Shown: piece after piece, positions 19,581 through 31,081 of the stretch
How the letters are laid out: the number at the start of each line of letters is the position of its first letter
Numbering within the stretch: the stretch's first letter is position 1
DNA from: Dudresnaya verticillata
Lineage: Eukaryota
DNA length: 64,000 nucleotides
NCBI GenBank assembly: GCA_977862235.1
Contig: OZ374560.1
Coordinates: 682,001-746,000 of the forward strand
Direction of reading: 5' to 3'
Notes under the pieces: model-generated
Databases searched by the model: none
The model's input: only the letters and a program-made list of their open reading frames with translations
Told to the model about the DNA's origin: nothing
Made by a program: the position numbers and the translations under genes

Positions 19581-22334
19581 ATGGCCGCAGCATCCTCTTC
19601 AGTGTCCCCGGCTGACCAGTTCCCGCAGCTAACTCCAATGCTCAGACCACGTCAAAGTTACCGGCAGCAAAATAATGGAGGTCTAAAAACTGTCGATCTT
19701 AAAGCGAACTACTTTAAGTTGCAGCCACTCGCTTCGAAGCACCACTCAGTTTACCCTATTGTGCAGTATAGTGTTGAAATTTTTCGCAAGAAGAAGAAAC
19801 AAAGGCATAATCCGTCAAGGTCAGATGACACTAGGAACACCCTGCCAGTTGAGGGCGATCCGGAAATGCAATGGGTGGATGTGGCCTCTAAGTCTGAACG
19901 ACACTCGTTCCGTCGAAACGTTTTCCGGGCTTTTATAACGACTCACTGCCAAAATACCCTCAGGCGGGTCTCATACGATGGAGCATGCATCGCATTCACC
20001 TCCGGGATTGTAGCGCAAGAGGCTGTCAGGCCTGTTCTGGATTGTCTCAAACCCCTTCATGTGAAGATGAATGGTCTTCTATGTTCAGACACGGACCTTT
20101 CTTTAGAAGGAGAGACAGTAATGGTCAGAATGACGGTAACAACATTGAATATGTCTCTCAAGTCTTTGGTGAAAGACGATTCTGGATCAACCCCTGCTGA
20201 AGAAGAAAGCAATGCCTTGAACATGATTCTTACGAGCTGCATGGAGTATAATCCAAAGTATGTCCAGATTGCCAAGTATTTCTTCGGAAAGGAAGAGGCC
20301 GAGACTGAGCACGCCGCGTTGAACGATCACGCAAATATTTGGCAAGGTTACTTCACTAGTGTGCGCCCCTCGCAGAATGGTCTCCTTATCAACATTGACA
20401 GAGCGATTTCAACATTCTGGAAATATGCAGGGCTGCGACTACAAGAAGTTATCTTAAGTCTCAACCACAACCAGCACGTTTCAGCCGGTACACCTGCTAA
20501 TCATGTTGATAAGGTAACTAGGATTTTGAGAGGAATTCGGGTTCGGGCCCGTCACACACGTAGGGTCTACTGCTTTTACGGTTTCTCGAAACGAAATGCC
20601 TCGCAAGAAACATTTTCAGGAACCGATAACCAACAGATCAGCGTCGCTGACTACTTCTTTAATGAATACCCAGATTTCCCTTTGACTAACCCGAATACTT
20701 GCTGTGTAACTACAAGTTCTTCTGGAAGAGTTAAATTACCTGTTGAACTGTTGGAGGTTGTAGAACTGCAAAAGTATGCCAAGAATCTCAAAAGTGATGA
20801 GAGAAGAAAGATGATAGCTAATGCCCGAAAGGACCCAAGATCCCGTTTCGGAGACATTTCAGGCTTCAAAAAGACCCTTTACGAAGGGCTTTGCCGGGAT
20901 GGCCTGCCTCTACTTACTAACAACTCAACTGCTGAGCAAGTTAAGGCTCGTGTTCTTGAAAGCCTAGCAATTCAATACAGCTGTGGCTCAGTCAAATCCG
21001 CATTATGGAGTCGAGAAGGAAGCCAGAAAATGTTTTTGAAACCCGCAACGCTTGATAAGAACTGGGTCTTTATCTATGTTGGGAGAGCCAAAAATCGCGA
21101 TGCTGATTTGAAAGCTTTCGTGAAAGCGGGAAGAGACCGAGGTATGGATATTCGATTCCCTGCACGCGACATTTTCTTACCTACCAGGTCTCCTGCTAAA
21201 GACGTTGTGAACGAAATGGAGAGGAATCTAGTGGTTAACAATCAGCAAATGAAATTCTTCGTCATCGTCATTGAGTCGGAAGATCAATATGGCGTTATAA
21301 AAAAAGCGGGAGATATCAATTTTGGGATTCCGTCGCAGATATGTCTCTTGAGAAACTGGAAAAGGGCTTGCTTCCCAAACTTGATATTGAAGGTCAACAC
21401 GAAGGCAGGCGGAGTGAACTTCATGGCGCATCTCAAGGCAGATTTCCACCTGTCTCACACATCCACAGATCAACACCTGTCTCACAAATCCACAGATCAA
21501 CACATTGTCCTCGGTGCAGATGTGACGCATGGCTCACCTGGGGGACACAGGGTCAGTATTGCTGCGCTGGTAGGCATCCAGTACTCTAAGAAGGATTCCG
21601 CAGATAAGAAAACCCCTATACCTAGCTATGCTAGCGACATCTACGTGCAAGGCGAGAACAAGGAGGTGTTTGTGCGCATGGGGGAGATGTTCAAAAACCT
21701 ATACAGGACATGGAGCGAGGGAGATAATAGGTACCAATGCCCGAATAATATCATCATGTTTCGCGATGGGGTTTCGGAAAGCCAGTTCACTGAAGTTCTG
21801 GAAAAGGAAGTCATGGACATTCGAAAGGCGTGGAAGAGTTTGGGACAGGAGAGAGAGCTTTTCCTTACATACATCATCGTGACAAAACGCCACCATACGA
21901 AGTTTGTTAAGGCTAGAGAGCCAAGGCCAAACAGAAATGGCCGAATCGATATGAATATCGACGCCGGTTGTGTAGTTGACACGGGAATTGTGAGCAGTCG
22001 TTATTACGACTTTTACCTTTGCTCTCACGCAGGACTGCAAGGGACAAGCAAGCCGGCGAAGTACACAGTTCTGTTGGATGAAAACAAGATCGGAACTAAC
22101 CAGCTGCATAACTACGTGTTTTGGCTGACACACAACTTTGGCAGCTGCCTAAGATCTGTCTCGCTTGTGAATACTGTTTACTATGCGCATTTGCTAGCTG
22201 ATAGGGCGACGCAGTACCTCAAAACAGAAACAATTCATGCTGATCTCGAAGAAGAAGAAGAAGATCTACAAAGGGCACTGAACAGCAGAGTTCAACTACC
22301 ACACGAGATCCGCAGAGTTCCGTTCTTCCTGTAA
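19581..22334 (+). CDS. AGO: Argonaute protein B (917 aa, intronless), tandem paralog of A
   Basis: Same domain order. Motifs GADVTH, KE, RDGVSE, KRHHTKF, SHAGLQGTSKP, YYAHL and C-terminal FFL. Confidence 0.97.
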   Translation: MAAASSSVSPADQFPQLTPMLRPRQSYRQQNNGGLKTVDLKANYFKLQPLASKHHSVYPIVQYSVEIFRKKKKQRHNPSRSDDTRNTLPVEGDPEMQWVDVASKSERHSFRRNVFRAFITTHCQNTLRRVSYDGACIAFTSGIVAQEAVRPVLDCLKPLHVKMNGLLCSDTDLSLEGETVMVRMTVTTLNMSLKSLVKDDSGSTPAEEESNALNMILTSCMEYNPKYVQIAKYFFGKEEAETEHAALNDHANIWQGYFTSVRPSQNGLLINIDRAISTFWKYAGLRLQEVILSLNHNQHVSAGTPANHVDKVTRILRGIRVRARHTRRVYCFYGFSKRNASQETFSGTDNQQISVADYFFNEYPDFPLTNPNTCCVTTSSSGRVKLPVELLEVVELQKYAKNLKSDERRKMIANARKDPRSRFGDISGFKKTLYEGLCRDGLPLLTNNSTAEQVKARVLESLAIQYSCGSVKSALWSREGSQKMFLKPATLDKNWVFIYVGRAKNRDADLKAFVKAGRDRGMDIRFPARDIFLPTRSPAKDVVNEMERNLVVNNQQMKFFVIVIESEDQYGVIKKAGDINFGIPSQICLLRNWKRACFPNLILKVNTKAGGVNFMAHLKADFHLSHTSTDQHLSHKSTDQHIVLGADVTHGSPGGHRVSIAALVGIQYSKKDSADKKTPIPSYASDIYVQGENKEVFVRMGEMFKNLYRTWSEGDNRYQCPNNIIMFRDGVSESQFTEVLEKEVMDIRKAWKSLGQERELFLTYIIVTKRHHTKFVKAREPRPNRNGRIDMNIDAGCVVDTGIVSSRYYDFYLCSHAGLQGTSKPAKYTVLLDENKIGTNQLHNYVFWLTHNFGSCLRSVSLVNTVYYAHLLADRATQYLKTETIHADLEEEEEDLQRALNSRVQLPHEIRRVPFFL
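21447..21503 (+). repeat. 27-bp in-frame tandem duplication inside AGO B
   Basis: cacctgtctcaca(c/a)atccacagatcaa twice, giving HLSHTSTDQ HLSHKSTDQ. Confidence 0.9.
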
Positions 22335-22669
22335 GGGTGACGGGACACCCGTTTTCTTCTTTATTTCGAGGTCACATAATGGTCGCCAAGAGATAGAATA
22401 AACTTGCAAACAAGCGTTTTGCTGCACAGGTTTAGGGTGATAGCTTCCCTTCAAACAATACACTTTTGGACAACATTCGTTCTTTTACGAAGCCGGTGCA
22501 ACTTCGGTAACGAAGTTATCTTTCGCTCTCTGTCTTCCCCTCTCTCAACACTTCTCGCATATGGGCGTTTTTATCGCTAATCGAAACGCTACCTGTATTC
22601 TTGCCAGCACTGTTGGTTAGAACCGTTTCCCCTTCAAAGGAATATCACCATAACGATTGGAACATCTCA

Positions 22670-22742
22670 TTATCCCTTATCCCATTATCACATCATCCCA
22701 GTATCCCATTATCCCAGTATCCCAGTATCCCAGTATCCCAGC
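22670..22742. repeat. 8-bp tandem repeat (atcccagt/atcccatt)n
   Basis: Directly visible degenerate array downstream of AGO B. Confidence 0.85.
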
Positions 22743-23074
22743 TCGTTCAAAAATGGTTTCTTACTCAACGAAGCCCCAGATTCAGCAACAAGTATCCCGG
22801 CTGCCCTCCAACGACAGGAGGGGGAAAGCCTCACTCTATGCAATGTATGCAGAGAAGAGCTTCGTAAAACCTACATACTCTCTCATAAACATGCTCTCGC
22901 TCAGACTTTCTCTCTCGCTCGCTCTCCCTCTGTGCTACCTCTGAATGCAAGGCCCCAGTTGTAGTTGACGACGCAAGGAGAGCGTTTCATGTGGAGCCCC
23001 CCCGGTCGAGGGTAGCGAGAGGACAATAAGGGAAAATTCAGGTCAATAGACCCAACCCAATCTCGCCCAGATCA

Positions 23075-23151
23075 GGTCTAGGTAGGGGTCCTCTATGTGC
23101 TCATTACTCGGGGCGACCTAGCGCCCTTTGAACCCTACCAGAAAGTTCCCC
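23075..23151 (+). repeat. Second, short copy of the retroposon 3' tail
   Basis: ggcgacctagcgccctttgaaccctaccagaaagttccc matches 6844-6882. ctcattactc is repeated at 23100-23109 and 23156-23165. Confidence 0.65.
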
Positions 23152-24380
23152 ATCTCTCATTACTCTGCCTGTGAGCGCATCTGGGCAGCTGATTTCACTG
23201 TGTTGCAGTACGACGATTCCAGTATTGAATCGGACTACTTAGAATAACGACATGATCACGAATTCGCCGCCGCCTGGAATCAGTTCATTGCAGCTCGTTC
23301 AGCCCTGGAAAGATACTGCGCGCTCTGCTTTCGCGAGCTCATACCTTATTTCTGACACACCGGCAATATGCCAAACGCATGCTGTGCTGCGTCGCAGGGG
23401 CTACGCAAAGGGTTCGAAGGGCCACACGCGGAGACTTCCTGAAAGTTCCGGCATTGCTTGGCGTAATGGGAAACTATTCGAATGGACTTTCGCTTGCAGC
23501 GTGGGTTCGAAGACTGGGAACTATAGAGCGAAAGGTCCACCGTGAAGCTCGCGATCTAGCGCGGTGACTGTTCTAGTCGCTCTACTTTACGCCAACCACG
23601 AGTGCTTCGCGACTGCAGCCGTCACCGCCTGACTGTCAGCCAACACGTCCTGAGCCCTGTCCCAGTGCAGTCTCCTTCCGTGCGAGGGTGACGTCTGATG
23701 TTTCTCCCTTGAGGGAGAAATCTTGACAGCTGCACCAATCTCTGTACCGAAACGGCATCCCAGCCTACAATAGATTTCTACCCCCATCTCCAGGATCTCC
23801 CGAACAAGCCGGTGATACTCAGCGGTGTGGAGAGAAGAAGCAAAGCAATGGTCTGCAAGGGTGAACAAAGGTCTGTGAAGAAGACGAGGGCCGGGGGACC
23901 ACACAAGAGACTTCGTGCGCTGCGCCGGGGCGCCGGGTGAGGAGAAGAAACGCTGCGGGGGGGTGAGCGGCCACAGAGGGCGGGACCAGCGGCGCGCGGC
24001 GCAGATGCGGGTGGCGGAACGCAGATCTCCGAGTCATCTCAGCATTGCTGGCCGGCGCGGCAGATATTTGCGCCGCGTGACAGCGCGAGAAGACGCGCCC
24101 GCGTCGAACATTTCCGAACACGCTCGCGAATCACCCGGCCGCCGCCGACACGCGCGTCCACGCTGGCATCTCGTAGCCGCAATGATCGCTTCCAGCACCG
24201 CGGCGCGCGCCTCGTCTTCTCGTCGGGCGCGGCGGCGCCGAACGCTTATAACCGCGGCGCGGCGCGGGCGCGAGAGAGCGCGTGCGTGCATGGGCACGGC
24301 CCGCATATGCGATCCAACCTCGGCAATCTCCGCGTGCGCCGAAGCCGCAGCTCCCGTTGCCGTGATCGCCACCATCGGAC

Positions 24381-25064
24381 ATGCGCCACAGCGCGGCTCC
24401 ATCCGCCAAGGCGGCTATGCACATGGGCGAAAGAAGGGGGTCGGCCGGGCCTGCGCTGGACCCCGGCGACGCGGGGTTGAGTGGGACTGGGGCGGTGGCG
24501 GTGTCCAAGATGACTCGGAGCGGATGCGGCGACGGCTCAATTGAGGGCGAGGGGGCGAGGGAGGGGGTGCAAGACAGGCAGGACGAGGAGCTGCACGACT
24601 ACCTGCAAAGACTGGCCGGGGAATCCGACGGCGGCGAAGAGAGCGCGTGGTGGGCGCGGCGGTGCGGGGGGTCCGAGCCGGCGTTTGAGTTTTTGGACAT
24701 GTCGGGCGAGCAGGCGATAGAAGGAGCGTTGGGGCTTGACGGAGGGGTGATTTCGGAGTGTGAGGGATGGTCGTCGCGTGGGAGTGTGGATCAACAGCGA
24801 GATGGGGGTGGGGCCGGCGTAGGGGAACAGCGACAGGAATCGCCGGCTGTTGTAAAACGTCTGAAAAGTGAGATTCGCAAGGAGAGGAATCGAGCGTCGG
24901 CGCAACGGTGCAACCGCAGGAAAAAGGCGATCCGGGACGGGCTCAAGATGCAGCTCAAGAGCTGCGAGGACCGGATTTGCAGGCTGCGCTTGCAGGAGAT
25001 GGAGCTGAGGAAGGAGAACTTGCGGCTGCGCAAGTCGCTGACCGGCAGGTGGAAGCGGGCGTGA
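24381..25064 (+). CDS. bZIP transcription factor (start codon uncertain)
   Basis: Basic region RKERNRASAQRCNRRKK followed by a heptad zipper (L..C..L..L..L..L). Confidence 0.85.
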   Translation: MRHSAAPSAKAAMHMGERRGSAGPALDPGDAGLSGTGAVAVSKMTRSGCGDGSIEGEGAREGVQDRQDEELHDYLQRLAGESDGGEESAWWARRCGGSEPAFEFLDMSGEQAIEGALGLDGGVISECEGWSSRGSVDQQRDGGGAGVGEQRQESPAVVKRLKSEIRKERNRASAQRCNRRKKAIRDGLKMQLKSCEDRICRLRLQEMELRKENLRLRKSLTGRWKRA

Positions 25065-28000
25065 GGGGTTTTGTGTGGGATGTATATGTATGGTATCGGC
25101 ATGAGACAAGTTTTGTTGTTGTTGTTGTTTTCGTTGTTGTTGTCCTTTGTGACACCTGTTGCACTCCCGCTCGGGCGAAACAAGCGTGGCGAAGGAGAGG
25201 GACGGAGTAAAAGTTGTTTGAACGGGGGGCATGTTGGTGTCATAGTTGCGCCAGCGCGAAGAAGAAGCAGAAGAAGCTGTTGCGGTGCTCAGAGAGGAAG
25301 GAAGGCGCGCTGCGGCATCGCCGGACGCGGCAGCGGTCCCACCGCTCCGCGCAGAACGGGCGGCCGAGCACCGCTCGCGCCGATCTGCACCAACGGCCAG
25401 AAACGCGTCGCCGCCAAAATCTGGCAACGGACGAGCTGCACGGCGGCGCGCGCCGTGCCCCGTCCTGTGCACACGTCCTCGCCGCTCGTCCGCGCGCCGT
25501 GCCGCGCCGCGGCGGCGGTCTGCCCTTTCTTGGAGAAACCGCGCGAGCCTCTATGCGATGTTCGTTGCGCGCTGCGTCGTTCATGGCGGCTGCAGTCTCT
25601 CTCTCTCTCTTGGTTGCAAGGTCCAGCAGGGGGCTTCGTCCAAGCTCACGGCTTGGAAATCTTGACCAATCCGCGCAAACGTCGGCGCGAGTGGTCCTAT
25701 CCGCCTGATGGAGCTGCACTGTTGCAGAGAAACTCCAAGTTGGCTTGGCAGGTGCTTCAAGGAGCGCGGGCTAACAATTTGCGCAACATGGAGTCCAATG
25801 AATTCATTAGTTTGAAGGATGTTGTTTCTACTTCTTCGGAACGCCTCCCGCTGAGAACAGTGTCCTGACAAACACCTACCTGGCAAGGTCCAATCTGGTA
25901 TGTTTGCATCAATCTCCCGAAATTCTCTCGATTCCTTCTTTTGCCTGATGGCTGCAAGGTATAATCTCAACGATCTCGAAGAGGTCGGTCTTAAACGGAC
26001 TTTTGGCTTTTGCGCATGAAGTGTTCTACGACTCGTCGTTTCCGAATTCTTGTCAGTTCGCGTTCACCTCAACGCTTCGCCGGATCTGTCGCTTTTGCAT
26101 GTTCTTGACCAATGCCAGCACTCCCTTGTCATAACATTCCCAAAAACGATTGCAGCCATCAGTTGCTCCACCAACTAGGAGAGCTCCTATTTCCAGTGAA
26201 ACTACGGCTTCTAATAAAGCGATAAGATATTGTGACTATAGCGATCTCTGTCAACCATGCCATCCAACTACGGAAACGGAGCTTCTCGCTGGAGAAGTTT
26301 AAGCTTTTTCAGAAGTGCAAAACACTGTCCTTCATTCGTAATATCTCCACTCCACTCAAGATGACCTACAACGTCGACGTACACGATCGTTTGAAGGCGA
26401 CTATGACGAATCATGCAAAAACAACGGAGCCATATCTTAAAGCGACTCGGCACGATATCTTCCTACTACAGTTGCATCTCTTCATGAGGTGTCCCGAAAA
26501 GCCGAGGCACTTGGCACCACTACAGTGTCGCAACTCTCTCGCGTATTCGTCCAAAGACTTCAAAATGTTCTTCGCAGAACTAGGAACATGCTCGGGACGA
26601 ATACCTGGTGCCCGGCGTTGCGGATCCCCAGTGGACATTTGCATTTCAAAATTCCTGTTGTTGTGGACTACAAAAGCCTGCAACACTCCATTCCTCTCCT
26701 CATCACCCATGGGATTGTAATATACGTTCGGTTCTGCTGCTTTAGCAGGGCGGACTGTGAAATGCATTTGCGAATACGCCGATGTCTCCGTAGACAACGA
26801 CGGTTCCAACATCCATGGGCAGCATCCTTACATACATGTAGTCTTTCAGAAGCTCTACGTCCAGTTCAAGCTCTATCAGGGTGTGGGTTGTTCCCGATCG
26901 AGCGAGATTGAAATAAACAGAGATATCACTGACGGCGATTAAGCTGTGCAGGACTCCACCAACGACGTGGTGTTGGAGTTACCACGTCGACCTTCGGGCG
27001 CACCACTCTACCGGATTTAGCCGATATGCTCAGGATGATGAGTCATGGCTTTGACTTTCTGATGGATGCTCGAATCTGTTTCTGGCGACAGTTTCGACTT
27101 GACACATCGCGCCATGTTGTTATCCATTCCCTTTACCGGCGAACTGGAGAGTGCAGACTTTCGCCGGGAATGGAAGTTAAAATGAGCGGAAAGCCAGCTG
27201 CTGATAGTGTTCTAAATGGTCAGATACCACGAACAAATATGATGACGGGCGAATTTGTTAGAGACCAGGGCAAGGGTGGGCAGTTAGTGGTGGCCGCCTG
27301 CCGGCAGGCTGGATCGAGTGCTATCTTGATGGTGGCGGATGTCGCCTGTCAAGAACTAATAGTGTCGACATGTCAATTCTCGTGTGTCAGTGCAAGTGTA
27401 GACGAAGAGAGTAATCAACCCTCTTTTATTAGTGCAATTGTAGGCATGGAGAGTATTCTGTCCTGTTTTAGTTTGTGCTATGTAGAAAGTACGGTTGTGA
27501 AAAGGAATACAAATAGAGGGAAAAGGTGCAACAGAAGTAAAGAGGTATCCGTGCTTTGAGAAGGAACCGGGTCCGCGCGTGTCTACCGCGAGAAATCAAC
27601 TAAAGAGACCAGAGCTCTTTACCGGTACGTAACAAATTCTTCTTTTCGGTAAGTGTTCGCATCTCTGCAATTAGCGTGGAGATAACCCACCCGCAAAACT
27701 CAGGTACTGACCCGAACAAGACCACCACAAACAACCATTAAAATCAAACATCACTGACGGAAAGGTTCATTCCCATTAGTCAGGGGGCAAACTAGCGTTG
27801 CTGCTCACGTTAGTAAATTCCGCTTCTTCCCCGTCCTACATTGAAAGTAATGTGGATAAGGATAACAGTGCATCTTTCTCCAAATGTAGTCTCGAAAAGA
27901 CTTGCGTTATTCGTTGCGCTGGGCTGTAGTTGTTTTCAGGCTACGTTTGAGACAAAGAGAACCATTCTACAATGCTTACTACCGTGACCAGCCACGCACG

Positions 28001-29132
28001 CTTCAAGCTGAAAGATATCCTCTTGATTTATTTGCTGGTTTTGTTCAACATGTAGCTCTTGTGATACATCTTGCCATAAAAACAGAATACGACGGTTCCC
28101 TTTACCAGCTTCTGCACAGCCTTATCTACTATTGCTGTTCTCTGGAGAGCGGCTGGAACGAGAGAAAATAGCACTGCACAGATCTTCTCGAAAGACGACT
28201 TGACACACCCATCTTTTCTTCTCTCAAATCAATGTCCCCCAGGCCGTATCCTACATTTCCCCGAATTAATATTCTAGTCTCTACTTTGCGACGCTCGTCA
28301 TTTCTGGGGGTTTCAGGAAACGTCCATCTTGGCATTGGCTGTCAGGTCTTAAGACCAATTGATTTCGAGTATACTCGTTATAACGAGAGTGGAGTTTCTC
28401 TCAAATTGGATCTAGTTCAGTATTCAACATCGCATGTTATACTGTCGAAATGCCGTCACTCCTTGAGAAACAAAGCGACAAAACTCGTGTTCATGTACCA
28501 AGAGAAAATTAGAAAGAGAGGCAAGAAATCCCATCCCGGTTTAATGGCATTAAACTAACCCCTCCGCCAGGTACATACAGACTCTGCTAACTGAATATAT
28601 AGGTCCGCTCCCCTCGAGCGTGTGCTACCAATTGCTAGTCTCGGAACCATGCTACTGTAATCTTCCCGCAACAGGAAATCTGTTGCAACAGATTTCATGA
28701 AGGCCTTGTATTAAAACATTTGCTCCTATTGCATTGAATAGAGCAGAGATCGTTGGTACCACCCTAGCCGATATTCCTAACTCTCCAATACCTATAGAAT
28801 TGAGCTTCTCTATTGCGTTAACTCTGATGCTTTTCATATTCTAATAATTGTCGGAAACCCCATTTAATTTTCACAGTTTGCATGCTTGTTCTACCGTCGG
28901 TCGTTTTTCAGGGTCCTCGGCCAGCTGACCGACCATGGTCGGTGAGTTCTATGGCCGCCGCCAGGTCTTGAGAAAGATTATTTAAGTCTGAGGATCGGGC
29001 GGAACTCTAGACCTTCTCTTCCCGCTCAAGCCTTCCAACCGATAGCACACAAAGCCTTACCATCACAAAGCCTCTGCAGAAGGTCCACGCTTCAGATAAG
29101 GACGTTCGTTCAAGTACTGCAACAATTCAACA

Positions 29133-29849
29133 ATGGTACAACTCAGCAATGGACGAGTGGTAAGGGATGAGCACTTCGAAGGTGATGGAGAGCAGCGAAT
29201 TTGTGTTTGGAATGTTCGTGAGATGCGCAAAATCGCTGGATCTTCCGCTCCGAAGAGAAAGAACTTGAGGAGCTACCTTGAAGAAAACGAAGATTACGTC
29301 GTTTTTGAAGGCCACCGTGTCGAAAGCGTACATAGAGGGAGTTTTCAACGAAGGATGACAGCAGAAGAGGTTTTGGAAAGCCTACAGCCGTGGGAAAGAG
29401 TTACGATCTGGGACAAACGTTCTGGAAAGAAATCGTCGGGACGCAGTGGAGTGATGAAGCGGAGACTGCAGCGTTACCTGTCCCGCAACAGGCAAAAGGG
29501 AGTATATGTGGGCCAAGATCTCTTTGGGCAAGAAGGAGACCGTATTACGGGCCCCGAAGCACGAGAGGAGGAGCGTAGGAACAGGCGAATTGATATCTGG
29601 AATCCTGACGTATGCTGCAGGGTCACAGGGAATGGGAGGCCGGCTCGGAAAAATTTGGCACGGTACCTGGAGAGGCATCCGACACATGTTGTGTACTCCG
29701 AGAGTCTACACGGTGCCTTGCGGCGCGATGTCTATGGCAATCCAGTACTGTCTGAAGCAAATGAAAGGAAGGTAATGAACGAGGTTCAAGAAGAACCACA
29801 TCTAGCCTTACACGCTTCCGAAGCACTTGCTGACCAACAGAACTCATAA
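29133..29849 (+). CDS. Stand-alone protein with three BRK-like domains (238 aa)
   Basis: Three repeats of R[IV]x[VI]W[ND]...G..[AG/R]P..[KR].L.[SR]YL...V[FY], matching the BRK (Brahma/Kismet) pattern. TATA-like tatttaa near 28979. Confidence 0.8.
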   Translation: MVQLSNGRVVRDEHFEGDGEQRICVWNVREMRKIAGSSAPKRKNLRSYLEENEDYVVFEGHRVESVHRGSFQRRMTAEEVLESLQPWERVTIWDKRSGKKSSGRSGVMKRRLQRYLSRNRQKGVYVGQDLFGQEGDRITGPEAREEERRNRRIDIWNPDVCCRVTGNGRPARKNLARYLERHPTHVVYSESLHGALRRDVYGNPVLSEANERKVMNEVQEEPHLALHASEALADQQNS

Positions 29850-30042
29850 GATTCCAGTCTTCCAATCGAAAGAAGCTGGACTTAACAATACGGAAATCTG
29901 TGTGTTGGAAAGGCCGGCCAAAGAGATCTGGTCTACTGGGATTCAGTTTGTAGAACGGTTCCAAGTAATCTGCTGCCGTTATCTTTAGTGGAGCTGTAGT
30001 TTATAATTTAGAATAGCTGTTTTAACTTCAAACTCCAGAACA

Positions 30043-30308
30043 TGTTCCATTATAGACGGAACGTGTTCAAGCCTGTCCCTACGGCTAACTATTCTGAGCT
30101 ATACTGTTCACGGATACTGTAGAGTTGATATTACGGTTTACGGATAGCTGCTACTCCTGCTCGTTCACTAGGCGCAGTGAGTGAACCCGGAGTCGCATCG
30201 TAGGCAACTCCGGTAATGTAAAGCTCTGCCCATCTTCCCCTCGAGGAGAAAAGAGGGCAGAGGTCTTCGCATTGACAAGTTACATCGCACCACAACACAG
30301 TGACAACA
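30043..30308 (+). repeat. Possible 5' LTR of old element C
   Basis: TGTT...AACA ends and a TATA-like site followed by a hairpin (ctctgccc...gggcagag), laid out like LTR A and upstream of the C gag. No partner LTR in the window. Confidence 0.3.
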
Positions 30309-30400
30309 AATCCAGAAGGAGAAGGTGTTCATTGAAATTTCTATAACCCTGCAGGAGACGCCGTTTCTTTACCAGTTTTGTTGACAAGTTCTGTTCAGGT

Positions 30401-30550
30401 TCAAGTGTGCTACCCGTGGCAATTTTCGTTTCAATTGTTCTACGCGTGGAAAGTTTGGTTTCAAGCGCTCTACCCATGGAAAGTTGGTTTCAAGTGTTTC
30501 TATCCGTGGAAGTTTCAGTGTCAAGGGTTCTACCTGCGAAAGGTTGCAAG
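30401..30550. repeat. ~30-bp tandem repeat, 5 degenerate copies
   Basis: Units tcaag...ctac.cgtgga.agttt.gtt start at 30401, 30431, 30461, 30490 and 30521. Confidence 0.8.
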
Positions 30551-30699
30551 TGTCCTAGACGTGGATCTTTGACTACTTCTCAAATATTCTGTTGGAATCA
30601 ACGCTTCAGAATGCCACCGACTACTCGCCTTAGCAGAAAGCGACAAGCCCGATTATGGCACTTCAAGTGCATTGTTAGCTCCAGTCCAGCATCCGGTTC

Positions 30700-31081
30700 T
30701 GTCATCCCGCTGTGGCACACAGCGGGCACTGTAGTTGACGCAGACAACGTTAGATGGCAGCCAGATCATCTGGTATGATAGCAAACCCATCAGTCAAGAT
30801 AGGACGCATGATTTGGCGCAATTATGCGACAATAATCGCGGGAAGCTGTTTGCACGCCAGCGCGGCGTGTACGAGGGCCGACGGCGGGTTCGAGCGGCTC
30901 CCGCCTTGACAGAAGGCCTACATAAACCTGCTCCACTCCAGTCGAGGAGTGGGGGCAACCAGCACGGTGCCCACCAGACTTGCCAGCGCCCGAGCGCCTC
31001 TTCCCAGATCCCTACAGTGCCAACCGGGCTCCGGTCGCCACAGGGCACGCACGCGATCGCCGCGCCGCACAGTACCCATCA
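30700..31081 (+). repeat. 5' LTR of A
   Basis: Direct repeat of 35812-36193; 4 differences seen. Confidence 0.97.

Noticed and set aside
23900..25870. Long overlapping ORFs around the bZIP gene
   Set aside because: Expected by-product of high GC and antisense shadowing.
26000..28900. Possible decayed genes on the minus strand (an F-box-like start near 27240-27372; fragments at 26411-26812 and 28129-28837)
   Set aside because: Requires assumed frameshifts; similarity is too weak to call.
30401..30550. CRISPR-like appearance of the 30-bp array (also the 39-bp array at 54433-54665)
   Set aside because: Contiguous tandem units with no unique spacers, no cas genes, and a eukaryotic context.
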